DNA from: Owenia fusiformis
Taxonomy: Eukaryota
DNA: 64,000 nt
Assembly (NCBI GenBank): GCA_903813345.2
Contig: CAIIXF020000001.1
Location: 2,356,001-2,420,000 of the forward strand
Direction: 5' to 3'
Shown: positions 38,420 through 53,400 of the stretch, piece by piece
How the letters are laid out: each line of letters begins with the position of its first letter
Numbering within the stretch: the stretch's first letter is position 1
Position numbers and translations under genes: made by a program
Notes under the pieces: generated by a model
Databases searched by the model: none
Told to the model about the DNA's origin: nothing
The model's input: only the letters and a program-made list of their open reading frames with translations

Positions 38420-41400
38420 ATGAAAATCAAAAATCGTCTGTTTTTTGGAGCTTTGAATCAACAATGGGGATTGCTCATCTCGTTGGTGATGTTTACTCTA
38501 TTGGTAAGTGAATAAACAATTTTATTTATGAAGCATTTAATCATTAATGACAACTTATCTAAATTTATTCCATCTACAAATTTACTTTCGTCAGTCAATT
38601 TTTGAAAAAATAAGATTTAGGGGGACTGCATCGAACTTCGACATATGGGGTTATTTCGATGTGGGGCTATTTCGATCAGCCATGGTAGAAATAACCCCAT
38701 GGTTGAAATAGCCCCAAATCAAAGTAACCCCATACGTCAAAGCTCATCACATTCCCCTATAGCCAGAGACATATAAAACACTTGTGTTTATTTGATTGGC
38801 ATTTTACCAAGATAGTTTCTGCGCACGTTGAAAGATCTCTTCAAATTCTTCAATCATTATTGTAAAAATATCCTGTTACTTTGTTTTGATGTTGCAAATA
38901 AGACATTCTTGGCAGAAAAATTGCCTTGCATGGGGACTTTCGACTTCTTTTATATATGGGTGCTTATAAGAATGGTTTGAAGGGTGTATTTTCAATTTTC
39001 TAAGTGCCCCAGGCACTAATTACAAAGAATATGGTAACTAAGAGTTAACCAGATACCGATTTTCCAGATATGGAAGTTTGTTTACATGTTTTGTATTCAT
39101 GGTGTTTACTACTGCCTTTCTTGTTATGTGATCAAAAGAGGCAGCAAATTTATCACACAATAATTAGAGTGACATTCATAGGCAACATAGATGGTCCCTG
39201 ATGGCAATCTTGCAAGAGAAATCATTGATTCAAAATTAATTAGCTGGTAGGATTAACCATTTCTTTCTGAACAAGTTATTAAATCGATTGATGAAGTGTG
39301 ACTGTCTGATGAAGAATAGGTGAAGTGTACTAGTTGTATTGTATATTGTTTACTGGGCTTACTATACATATACGGTCGTAATTAACGTAGTAATTAGCCT
39401 GGAAGATAGACCCAAAAACCCCTCCTCAAAGGAGCCCTGTGTTCTTTTATGTGCACCCATACATAGACATACAAGTACACACCACAGCCTTTTGTACAAG
39501 TTGTGGACCACTCAGTCAAACACCCCTGAAGTACTTTACGCAAACAAGCAAATTAAGTATTGCCTGAACCAGGGATCGAATTTGGGACCTATTGCATAAG
39601 AGGTACCTGTGCTAACGCTGAGCTATACGGTTGGACTAGTGCATTTATATGCAAGTGTTACATGATCATATCCTTAATTTGAGTTTTTTTTAGATCATTT
39701 TCTTCATAGATCTGCCATTCTGCCTTCTTCTCAAGGCCTCCTTCAGATTGAATATTAGCTTTTTTCTACTTTGGACATTTGTTATAGAATTGGTCCTATA
39801 TTATTCTACTTTGGACATTTGTTATAGAATTGGTCCTATATTAAGACATTTGGTATGGCATTGACCTTATATCTGGACATTTGGTATTGCATTAGTCCTA
39901 TATTTGGAATATTGATATCTGATATTGGTATATTGATATCCCCCCCCCCCCGGTATACTCAGTGCAACTAGATTGATATTTTGATCATTTTATTTTTATT
40001 TTCCCTATCACGGTATATAGACCTATTGTAAGTGAAATTCCCAGGAATTGTTCATACAGCCTCATTGTGAAGGCATCCTAGGTCAGCAAGAGTACAGAGT
40101 TGGAGTCTAAAGATAAAAGGTCAACCTTAGGCCTTTATTCTTGACTGTTATTGTTCTAGTGGAAAAGAGTGCTAAAGTCCATAGATCTACTAATAGCCTT
40201 GTACTAATCACAAGTTATTGTTTTGATGCCTATTTTCTCTTCAGGGAAAATAGATGTAAATAAGTATACATGTATTTATAAACTTTTAAAGATACAATGT
40301 AACTGTATTCATTTAGGTTCATGAATGGAAAATAAATACATGTATACATCTGCTGAAGTATGAGATAAATGATTATTCCAGTGCCCTTTAGACTCGAATA
40401 GGCGAATAATTCTAAATGTTTAACTGTAATGCACATATAAAATTGCTTTCTAAAAATGCTCAAATGTTTATTATGGATTTTTTGAATACTATTCAGGGGC
40501 ATAGCCAGCTTTCAGTCAGGGGTGTGTGATCTCCAATATATTCTGGTTTCAGTCAGGGGGGTGCGATTGTGGCATAAACAAGCCAAAAAAATAAGATTTA
40601 TTTTGAATTTTACAAAAATTGGCGCAACTTCCTTCACAATTGAGATAGAAGCTTCGAATAAAAAGCATTTTAAAGCTCTTTTCTTCTTCTTTTAATTTTA
40701 TTGGTTATGGGGGGAGGGGGGGGGGGTGCGACCCATTACACCCCCTGGCTACGCAAGAATTATAAAGAGAAAAATTGACATTCATTTTCAACCCTGATAT
40801 GATTTAGTATTTTAATCTTTAAAGTTCATCAATATTTACACCTGATCAAGTAGAACACATTTTTGAGAAAAATACTTGCACGTCCCACCTTTTCAAATTT
40901 TAAAGACAATTTTTTGATTTGAATTATAAGAGAACAAAGGTTTATGTATAATCAAATAAACTGTATATATATATATCATTTATGAATTCAAAATTTTATT
41001 TTGACAAAAGTAAGGATGGGACTTAATAAACATTTTGCAGGCAAGCTGTTCTTCGTCCAAGGAGGGCCAGTGTGTTTGGTACGGAGAATGCTGGGATCCA
41101 CCTACTAAAGATGGTGCTATGTCAAAGAAGCTCAATTGTCCATATTCTGGTCCTGCCAAGCAGATGAACAATACAATTGGGCTGCAGAAGCTTCAAGAGC
41201 TATGTCCACAATATATAGGTAAACAAATTATTCATTTCACCCTGATATAGTTCACTCTGTCTCATCTAAGTATATTTGTTCATATGATGAATGTGATATT
41301 ATTTGCTGTTCATATGTTCAATGTAATATCATTTTCTTCTTCAACATGAAATACATGCGTTACTATTATTATGATAAATGCAATATATTATTTGGTGGTC

Positions 41401-44400
41401 AGGATGAATATAATGTTGTTGTATAATTGTAGGCTCTAATATGACATGCTGTAGCTGGGAGCAGTTAGTAACCCTGGACTCGAGTCTTACTGTTCCTCGA
41501 CAAATGTTCTTCAGATGCCCATCCTGCTTCCGTAACTTCCTCAACCTCTATTGCTCTCTTACCTGTGATCCTCATCAGTCTGATTTCGTATACGTTAGGG
41601 GCATCAACAAGGCAGCAAATGACTCAATTGACAGTATTGACTATGTCGTATCGGATGATTTTGCAAATGGATTATTTAATTCATGTAGGGATGTACAGAT
41701 GCCAAGTTCTAATGCAAAAGCTATTGGAGTTTTCTGTGGGACTGATGCGAATAAATGCACTGCTAAAAAGTTCCTGACTTTTATGGGAACTTCTTCATAT
41801 GCTCCTTTCAATGTAAGTATATTTCTCAGTTGTTATGACTTCATTTTTTGAAATTTGACTTATATTGATTAATTCTCCCTTTCGCGATTCGCTCTTTGAA
41901 GCAGAACGTTCGCAAATATGAACTGAAAAAGCACTCAAAAAGGACAAAATTTGATTGGTCAATATTTTCTCACTATGCATTTCGCGTAGCTATTTGCGTA
42001 ACCCAAAAGTTCTAAATCAAACTAATTACGCAATTTTGTTTTTATACCCGCACGCTAAATAAAACAATGACAACATCGGAAGTATTCTTCTTTGTCATTG
42101 CTTTAATAGTCAGTATACCGAGTTTAATCAATAAAATATCGTACAATGAACAACAAAATTCGGAAACGAGTACTATAAATTTGCTTTAGAACCACAGAAC
42201 AGAGTGACCTAGATAATAGCGACGCTTCTTCTTTGGTCTACTGCTCAGTTATTTGTTGGTTTTCAACGTAACTCTATGATGTCATTTGAAGATGAATACT
42301 TTTATTCAGTTGTTGCATGGTTGTTGCAGTTTGTAATGCGGTAAGGTTGGCATTAAAGTATTGAAAGTCGAATGGAATTGTTTTTTCCAATATGGCGACT
42401 AGTCAACTGATCATGTGACCTTCTCTTCCGGAATATTTTCTCACTTTTCAATCATCGTTTTCACCACGCTATGAATCAATACAATGAAAAAAGTAGCTGT
42501 TATATTAAGATTAATAAGAGATCGTTTCTAATAATTTTTTCTGTACCCTCGTATGGGAATATGAACAAATATATCGTTTGAAAAATAGGTGTGAAAATCC
42601 CCATGTTAAACCTATGAGCGAAAACAAGGAAGTATAAATTTGTTCCTCCGCGAACTGCATCATGGGAAATATTTTGACCTTATAAGGAAAGATTTTCGAG
42701 TCTCCTCTTTTGAAGAGGGAACAGCGATTTCGAGAATTCTGACTTAACCCAGAGGTGTTTCTCATAAATAAAGTTCTCTGCGTAATGCGTATACCACACA
42801 TTTTAAATCTTATTCCTGGACTTCATCGTATTATAATTATCTATTTAAATAGACATTACCAAGTTATCATTTTTACTCTAAAAGCAAGAAAGATGATGAA
42901 CACAAAAAACAGTAACTGACTTATTCAAATGATTCATGAGTAGTCTCAGAGTCATATTTACTCATATAAAAATCTATAATATCAAATACAAAATGCTTCC
43001 AGATCAATTTTAATTTGACTAACAATGCAACAACAGATGGACCAAATGGTACATACCACATGACCCCCCTCAATCAGACAGTTCACCCCTGCAACCTGCC
43101 TCTCAACAACAAATCCTCCCCCTGCAGCTGTCAGGACTGTGAAGCCCAGTGTTCCCCTCTACCTCCTCCAATCAAGCCAGCCTCGAGATGGAAGATTCTT
43201 GGGATAGATGGATTTATATTTATTGGCTCATCAGTATTTGCAGGATTCGTTATACTGTTTGGAACCTGGCAGATATGTAGTTTTGTCATCGGGGAAGATA
43301 ACCCAAGTAAGTTTGTAGTGATCAGGTTTTAAATAAGGCATTAATAAATCAGCAAAAAGGATTGATTCCGGAAACTGAATTTTGAAATTTAGACTACCCT
43401 ACCAGATCTTGTTTTTAAGTTTTGATAATCATTTGCTGATTGAGACCAATATTGTGATGAAGTTACAGATGTTGTATACTGTAACACTAAGCAGTTTATT
43501 GCAACTGTAACTACCATTACTTTAGGGATGGATGATGCTGCCTTGGTGTCAATAGATGGCGACTTATTACATTCCGCTGAAAGAGCTGGAGTAAGTCTCG
43601 TTGATGAAAATGACATCAATTGTTTTGACAAAATTGGTGTAGGGATGGAACGCTTGCTGGAAACTATATTCACACGCTGGGGCTGTATGTGCGCCAAATA
43701 CCCCATATATACTCTGGTAGTAGGATTCATATGTTGTGCAGCCCTTATTGCTGGTATAAGTTTGTTTAAAGTAACAACAGATCCAGTGGAACTCTGGTCT
43801 TCCCCCGACAGTAGAGCACGACAAGAGATGAACTATTATGAAGAACATTTTACGTAAGTTTTTGCCTTTTGAATTTTGACATTTACCAACTGATCAAAGT
43901 TAGAGTAGGGATAGACAAACCGTCCATTTGTATAACTCAATACTTTTTATCGGATTTGAACCAAACTATTTGCTGATGTTTTTATCGCACCCTTGGGTGG
44001 TAAATTGTGATCAGTTTGGTGGAGGTGGCTGGTTGGGCGAGCGTCCTGATAAATCTTGTCTACTGGTTTCCAGCCAAACCGTTACAGGGATTCATCCGAA
44101 ATTTTCTTTGATAAGTTAAATACCACTGAATGAATTCAGTTAAAATCAGATGCTGTTATGATAGTTTTAGCTGTGACTTCAAAACATGGAGTTGGAAGAA
44201 GTCAATGATGAAAGTGGAGTATTCCAAACATGTATTGTCATAAAAAAGCTCTTTGTTTGGGGAAATACAAGATTAATGTCATATAATACAGCTACATTTA
44301 TTGCTCATAAATGAATTAAATTGAGGAACTGTCGTAAGTGCACAATAAATAATGGAGGAAAACCCTGTATTTTTAGACATCTATTTTAGTTATTTGCTAT

Positions 44401-47400
44401 AGAGTTTCTAAGTACAGGGTGACACAATAAATGCCACCCACTTATTTTAAAAACTTTCTCAATAATGAGTTCAATGGAAGAGAGATTAGTATGTTTGCAA
44501 GAGGAAGAATAATTTAGAGATATCTCATTTTCAGCAGAGGCATGCTCTGACACAAAATAACTCAAAAATGTAAATTCTTTTTTGAACTTCACCTAATAAA
44601 GGAGTCCATCCATTAAATTTGACAAAAATATTTTTAAAATGGGTAGATATGACATGTTAATGAGCAATCCAGAAATGACTCAAATAATTGCTAAAACAGA
44701 AATCTCATTTGGCATTTCTTGTGTCACCCTGTATAAGTTACATAGTAGCCGAGACAACACAAGTCCCAAGTCTGTATTTTTACTCTCATTTCTTCACTTT
44801 TAAGAGTTAAGTCATCATATTTTGCATGCATATTCCTTGAAGAAATCCTAACATAGAATTTTATTGGTTTCATTTATAATTTATTTGTTGAAAATAGAGA
44901 AACATTTGATTTGTATTGGTCCATAATCAGAATTATCCATTTTGTGTAACAAATGCAACATTTTGACGTCATTAATAAAAATTGAAGTTATAAATGATAG
45001 ATACAATATGGTGTCTCTAATCTTATTGACCATAACTATCATCCTAGATATTTTTGCCAGTCATCAGATCATGCATTGGAAGAGTACCCCAATGAGAAAT
45101 GCATTCATTGATTGTGGCAAGCAGTGAATTGGCAAAACAGTGGTGGAGTCACACCATTATTTTGCCGCATTTTGGTGCTTAATTTCCCCTTTAAGATCGT
45201 TTGTTACTACTGTGATGTCACAATATATAGCATCTGATGTCATGATACGGGTACCAAATTAACGCACACATTACAAGCTTAAAGATGATACCAAATATGT
45301 CATCATTCATTTGATTAAAATGGTTACTGGAATAAGCCCAAAGGGTATGTCACTCCTTTACCCCATCCATTTTTCAGGAAATTAAAACACGCAAAAAATC
45401 TCAAATAATGCAGGCATCTTCAGGGGTCCTTTTTGGCCCCGTTTTATTTCAAATATCATGTTTCTACATACCATTTTTCTCGGATATGTCTCAATTACCC
45501 CAAAATAGTTACACTTCTGCTGAAAAAGGAAACATGTGGTCAATTTGGAATTATTACACCAAAAGTAGTGATTTTTTATATAAAGTTAAAATAATGCATT
45601 TGTCGCTGAAATGGCAAATTTTGATTATAGACCAATCAGAATCAAATGTTTCTCTATTTTCAACAAATAAGGTATAATCAAAACCAATAAAATTCTATGT
45701 TAGGATTTCTGCAAGGAATATGCATGCAAAATGTGGTGACTTACCTCTTAAAAGTGAAGAAATGAGAGTAAAAATACAGACTTGGGACTTGTGTTGTCTC
45801 AGCTACTATATTTGGATGTTAGATAATGTTTTTTTTTTTTTTATTATGTCATAATAACAAAATATTGCAAAACTAAATCATTTTGTTAAAATAATGTGAA
45901 AGCATTTTCAGTATTCCTACACCTGGTTGATAGATAAGAACCAAACAATATTCAAGGGTAGGAAACCTTTTTGGAAGTTTTATGATTTCATTTCCTCCTT
46001 TTATTTAAGCTGAATTAAATTCAATGGTGAATCCATCCAGGTACTTGAGTAATAATGTGAATCATCTTTAACACTGTAGTCTCATCAGGTATAAAAGTAT
46101 GTAGGAAATGTATAAGCCTCCTACAAACTTCATGTCTCACGATAAAAAACTTTATAAAGCGGATGCCTTATACTGACATTGTGACTTTTAATCAGTGTTT
46201 AATCAGTGTTTACTTTCACCTGATACAGGTGTATAATACAATCTATATGATATTCACCTTTCACCTCGCATATGTAGGATTGTATGTTATGACATAAAAT
46301 AATTGGGAAGTTAAGCTACATGTTTTTAAGAGAACTTGGGAATGAACTATGTGAATGTGTAATATAATAAACCCCCAGGTATTACCTTCCCCATCTCACA
46401 GTCACACTTGGCTCTTCCAGGGACCTAATATTAATATTTTATCTTCTCAAAGAATCACTACAAAGGAACCAATCCCCAGAGCACCATACTGTTCACATAT
46501 GAATATCTACTTTGATCAGTAATAATTATATTTGCCATTATTTGTTAAGGAGAATATATATGTCTTGATGCTATGGGGCTAAGAATGAACCTATTAATTC
46601 ACATAATTCAATTAAATGTTCATATACTCATGCGACATGCATATATGTTGAGGTTAAAGTCATACTGACCTTAGATCACTGAGGGCATAGAGCCATATGA
46701 TGTCTTTGAGAGAAGTGGGAAGATAAATCACACCATACTTAACTTGTACTTAGGATTTGTCAACTCGGATGACTGTCTGATGATCACAAGTTGATTATTA
46801 ACCCCAATAGGTTCAAAATTCAAAAGTCATCTTAGTGCATCTTTTGAATGAGAGGAATTTCTGTGCTGCAGTTATTCCATCTTTTTATTTAATCCCTGAC
46901 TGTAATAAGTTCCCATAATGAGTTTCTATGTCTGTCCACCACAAATGGTGACATATCGTTGTGATCTTCAACTTTTTTGTGTGCAGTGTTTGGTAGTTGG
47001 TCGTCAGTTGGTGTTTGGTGGTTGGTGTTTAGCTCATATAAAATGAAAACTGTATTTGTATCTGAAAAGTGGTATCCCTTCTATATAATGCTCACAAGGA
47101 TCATTAACATGTATATCATCTTTAAGATATTTGTACAGTTACTTGCATTGTTCTCATATGGTTGACTTGTAATTGCAGGCCATTCTACCGTACTGCACAG
47201 ATCATAATAACTGCTAAAAACTCCACCCCTTGGAAGAGGGAGGATTCTGGTAGTAGCCCTACTTCAAGGATGATTGGAGCTGTACTTAAACTAGACATCT
47301 TAGAAGAGGTTAGTCAATATTGGGTTGGTGGGCATTTGGCTGGGTGGCCGGCCCACAAATCTTGTCATCAAAATTCTACTTGAAATTTAAGGATAGTTGC

Positions 47401-50400
47401 TGGTTCTAATCTATATATGTATGCTTTCAAAAGTGTTTTTTGCTCACATATTATACAATTGAATTATTTGAATAATGATTCATTTTTCAGTTCTCGTTTT
47501 AAATAGTAATTAAATATAGTAATTTTACAGTTTCTATGCTAGATTAATAAGTACATATATGTTAGTTTTACATGTACACTCCTATATACAATCTTTTCAC
47601 ATTTTTAGGTGCTACATTTGCAAAATCGACTCGCCAATATCACTGCTTATGATAGCAAACATGGTGTTGATGTTAGGCTTGAAGATATCTGCTTTGCCCC
47701 TTTATCACCTGATAACAACAACTGCACCATTCAGAGTCCCCTCAACTATTTCCAAAACAGCATGGAGAATCTAAATAAAAATTTCTGGGATGACTTCCAT
47801 TTTATACGCTATGCTGACTATATAGATCATATCCTTTACTGTGTCAGGTTAGTCATACATTCCTCTACATTAGCAAGAAACATTGAAACTCCTACCTGTG
47901 TGAAATTGACCCCAACCTCTACGCAAATCAAAATCACAACTATACCATCAAACTAAAGAACCAAAATAATAGGACTTTTATAATCTTTAAGGAGTAATAA
48001 ACATAAATATTTATTGGTTATTAATAGGTAACAAATGACAGTTGCCAAATAAATAAGACCATTTTATGAAACTAAAGTAATGTGAAAGTCCTGGAATTTG
48101 TTAACTACATGTACATACATTTTTTTAACATTCATACACAAAATAATATTGATAACCATTTACAAAAAAATAAAGAAAAATTGTCGTGAACATGTTTTAC
48201 GTGTTTTAACAATTTCCCTTTTTGTACTACAGAGACCCCACTGCCATCAATGACACACAGAATTCTTTACTTGACCTGCCATGTATGGGAACATATGGGG
48301 GACCAGTCATGCCTTTTGTGGCCCTTGGAGGATATGAAGGTATGTAGCTTGAACTGACTGTAGTGTTAACAGGGTTATATACTTGTAGATTGAGGCTACA
48401 TTTCGCTAGTGTTTCCATTGGCATGCTGTGTAGCCATTAGCACTGGATAGTTATCTTGTCATGTTTGCTTCCTTAGACAGACTTTTCCTTTCTCAAAAGT
48501 AAATATAGTCATTGGTAAGAAATTTAATTTTGTTGGGATTATAGAGTACATCTGCCTTCTCATCAATATGAGCCTTGACATACAACTCAAACAATGTTAA
48601 TATTTCCTGAAATCAGCAAGAACTTACAGCCCAAAGATCAAGAACACATATTTTTCTACAAGAACATACATGCAAGTTAGATTCAAAGTAGGTAGCAAGA
48701 AGAACTCAGTAGAGGTGCCAAGTTATTTAATATAATTCTGCATAAAAGTAATTTGTTTTATAGTTCCCATTTACCCAAAACACTGGTTCATCAAACAATA
48801 TGTTGATATAGCAGACTGCCATGGGCATGGTATCATTTAGGTGGATTATCTCTTAAGACATAACTGATAAGTTCTTTAACAGGTGATACTAAATAACAAT
48901 TTTCGTTCAATTAGTACTTCTAACTTATTGACTGACCAGCCACATATGATAAAGACTAGCTCTTTTTTTAAAGTGCTGGTCATGTTGACCAGCAAGTTTA
49001 GATGATTTAAAGATAATAAATGCATTATTTCTGTGTTTTCCAGATGACAAATACTACACTGCTAATGCTGTGATTGTAACATTTATAATCAATAACTATA
49101 AGAAAAACAGCACATTCATTGACCTTGCCATGACGTGGGAGAAAGAATACATTCGTATTTTGAAAGATTATATGAAGGATGTTCCAGATAGCAATATATC
49201 AATAGCATTTACTTCAGAAGTAAGTCAACATTTACATTTAAGTATTTACTTATATTATTTATTTATTTACATTTTTATATCTAAATATTAAAATATTTTT
49301 ATGATACCAACATCAAGTTGTGACTTGTTGTTAGTCATCATTTTTTGTGACATGCATTCAGTGTCTGTAAAAACGAACTTGTGACCATTTGAAAGGACTG
49401 AATAATAGTAATACCCTTGTAGTCTATTCTATATTGAATGATTTTGAGCAAAAAATATCAAAGACTATTTCCTCATGTTTCAGAGGTCCATTGAAGATGA
49501 ATTGAACAGAGAGAGTCAATCAGACATTGCTACAATTCTCATCAGCTACATGATCATGTTTGTGTATGTCTCTATTGCACTTGGGAGATATAACAGTGTC
49601 TCCAGGTTACTGGTGAGTATTAGCATACAATGTTTGGGGTTGAGGAAGGCATATTCATGTTTGTGTATGTTTCTATTGCACTTGGGAGATATAACAGTGT
49701 CTCTAGGTTACTGGTGAGTATTAGCATACAATGTTTTGGGCTGAGGGAGGCATATAATCTCAGGAATCAGCTGGATTGGTGTCAGCTATGTGCAAAAATC
49801 AGAAAATTGGAAATACATGCACAATGCTAGACCAAATCAAAAGGAGGCAGTGTTGAAGTCCTGTGATTGTAAAGTTACTCATCACCCTTTAAATTATAAA
49901 ACAATTCTATTGGAGTCTATGTATTGAAATGTTATCCCTCAAAAGCTAGGATATGCTGTATACATAGTAAAAGAGTCAATTTATGTTACTACAGGAGATG
50001 TCTGTATACAAATTCCTGGTTAAAACTTATTAAAGTATTAAAAAAGTATTACATATTGTTATACAAATAAATCAAACCTTAATCTTCAAGACAATTCCTG
50101 TTTCTTCTATTTCAGATTGATTCTCAGATCACACTTGGCCTTACTGGTGTGTTGATTGTGCTCCTCTCTGTATTTGGGGCTATTGGCTTTTTTAGCTACC
50201 TGGGGGTACCAGCGACACTGATTATCATTGAAGTGGTACCATTCTTGGTACTGGCTGTAGGAGTTGACAATATATTCATCCTAACACAAGCATTCCAGGT
50301 AAATTTGTTATGGTACACAATGGTATTTTCTGATATGGGCTAGAACATCATATTTTATATGCATGGCATATGACTTCAAATATAAGAGCAAATCAAATAA

Positions 50401-53400
50401 CTTTGAATTCCACATATATCTAGTTATTGAAATAACACCTTAGTTCCTTATTTGATTTTTAAATTATGATTATTTTAATAACTTATTAAGTATCCTTTAT
50501 AATTGTACGACATGCATGCCTCTGTATTGTATCTCATGTTGAATATTTTGTTTAACAGAGAGACGTAAGGAGAACTGATGAGACATTAGAGGAGCAGGTG
50601 GGACGTATTGTTGGCAAGATTGGACCAAGCATGCTCCTTACTAGTTCCTCAGAGGGTGTAGCATTCTTACTAGGTAAGGATATACAGAGGATATACAGAG
50701 AGTCCAGATCAGTAATTAAGCTATTCATGGGAACTATTAGCTTCATGGGATCAAATTGTTGAGCTGATAATGATGTGTGTAACCATAATTCTTAGTATGG
50801 TTGAGGGTGTATAACTACTAACTATTGGGCAATCTGATGTACGTAATTGCAGAATAACTTTTCAATTATAGTATTTGACACTATGTATGTATTTGTAAAC
50901 TAGAACTATTAATATTCATTTTTTATAAAATATAAAATTGACAAGGATTCAATACATCATTACCTCTGAACGAATTTTCAGAATTGATCATTGCTGTTTT
51001 AGAGTTAAGGGATCTCAATCTTTTTTGTTCATCTTATAGGTGGATTAACCAATATGCCTGCTGTGAAAGTATTCTCCTTGTATGCTGGGATGGCCGTCCT
51101 CTTTGACTTCCTCCTTCAGATCTCCTGCTATGTCAGTGTATTGGCCCTAGATGCTAAGAGACAAGAGGTGAGGTTCTGAAGTTTTTCATATTGAATGAAT
51201 TATAAAAGATCAAAGGATTTATCTTATAAGATAAACTTTTTATTAAAATTTAAGACCTCCTCTTCATAATGAAGTTACAAATGTTGATTTTAAACCTTAT
51301 TTTTTTATTATGTCACCACCAAAAAGTGGTGACATATTGTTATGATCTCCGTTTTTTGTGATGTCAGCGGTTGGCGTCTATAACAATTCTTAAAATTTTC
51401 AATAACTTAACAAATACTGTTTAGACTGACTTCAGTTTTTTCAAAATCATCTACAAGTTTTCAGAAGTTCAAATCTGACTTTATATTTAAGATTTGACCT
51501 TCGGTGACCTTCTCAAGGTAAAAGAAGGTCAAAAAGGTCTTTTTTTCAAGTTTCTTCAAATTGACCTTTTTTTTCAAATCATCTACAAGTTATCAGAAGT
51601 TCAAATCTGACTTTAGATTTGAGATTGAGATTTGAGACCTTCAATATTTGACCTTCTCAAGGTCAAAAAGGTCTTTTTCAACTTGCATCAAATTAACCAA
51701 TTTTTTTTCAAAATCATCTACAAGTTCTCAGAAGTTCAAATCTGACTTTAGATTTGAGATTTCACCTTCAATGACCTTCTCACGGTCAAAAAAGAACTTG
51801 CTTCAAATTGACTGATTTTTACATTCAAAATCATCTACAAGTTCTCAGAAATTCAAATCCGACTAAGATTGAACTAACAATATTGTGAGCGACATTTTGT
51901 TATGTTAATGCCTAGTACATAAAGTAGATAGAGAATAAAATGTTAATTGTTCTTAAAGGTTTAATGAGTTCACTTGATTCACTTGAAATATGTACTTTTA
52001 ATTGAAATACATGTAAGTTTATTTCTGTCTGTAGAGAAATCGCTACGACATCGGCTGTTGTGCTAAATCAGACACCATGGAGGAATCTGAGAAAACTCCT
52101 GGCATCCTGTACCATGTCTTTGAGAAATACTACGCACCATTCCTCCTCCAAGATTATGTCCGTATCACTGTGGTAAGTTTAGACAGTCTGATGATATATG
52201 CATACATGCAGGCTTATGGTTCAATAACTATGGTTTCAGAAACCGTGTTTTATTATTACAACGTGTTCAACTTGTATCAAAAAATGATGACATTTTTAAT
52301 GTTGTCTTCGATCAAGGTCAAGGTCGAATATCGAGTTGAGACCCTTGGAGCCAATCCTCCTTGAAACAGCAGGTAACTTGCTTGTTGCTAATGAAATCCA
52401 TGAATATATACATGTGATATAATGTTATAAATGACCATTGCTTTATAGATGGTTGTTTTTATGGGATGGGCGTGTGCATGTGTCGGGATGATTGGCCATG
52501 TAGAGGTGGGACTGGACCAGAAATTATCCATGCCAGAGGTAACATACAATACCATTGTCCTAGTTATGAGAAACTATCTGCCGAGGTTTACAGTTCGAGA
52601 AATATAATTTCAAGTCAGTTAAATGAAGAGGCCTATAATTGTTTTGTAAGTGGGAAGAAAATTAACTTAATCAAATTGAAATATACTACAATACTATTGT
52701 AAATTAATAATAAAAATTGTTTTTTAGGATTCATATGTGCTGAACTACTTCAACAACCTAAATGAGTACCTCTCTGTTGGCGCCCCAGTGTACTTTGTGG
52801 TGGAGGATGGGCACAATTATACATCAAGAAAGGGCCAGGACAGTATATGTGGGGGCAATGGGTGTCCAGAAAGTTCTCTCCTAGGACAGATTTATACAGC
52901 TTCTAGAAGAGAGGGGTAAGCCAAACCAATTATGTTTCTGATAATGAAATGGCAGAATAAATCAATAGTTGATATGATATACCAAAAAAGCTTGTTATAG
53001 CTTGTCTTCCTTCATGTGATTCTGCATTTACATTATTCATATAATTATTGAATGTACAAGGAAAATGTTTTCATAAAATGATGACTTGTAACAGACTCTA
53101 ACTCCCGGGGGGTTCACTGTATATAAACCTTGACGGGGATCCTCGGCGCACATGGGGTACCTTTTTTTTTGACATTTGGTATGGCAATGGACCCAAATTT
53201 TAGGATGTGGTATGAGAATGCGTTTTGAGGGATGGAAATGGTCAGATTTTTCAACTTTCTTGTATGAGAATGGTCATGGAAAATATGTTATCTCACAATT
53301 ATGGTATGGAATACTCCTATTCGCGATAAGAGTTCAGGTGGTGATTTACATAAATATCTCCCATGATGCATCGCTTTGGAAGGGACAAATTTGCATTGGC

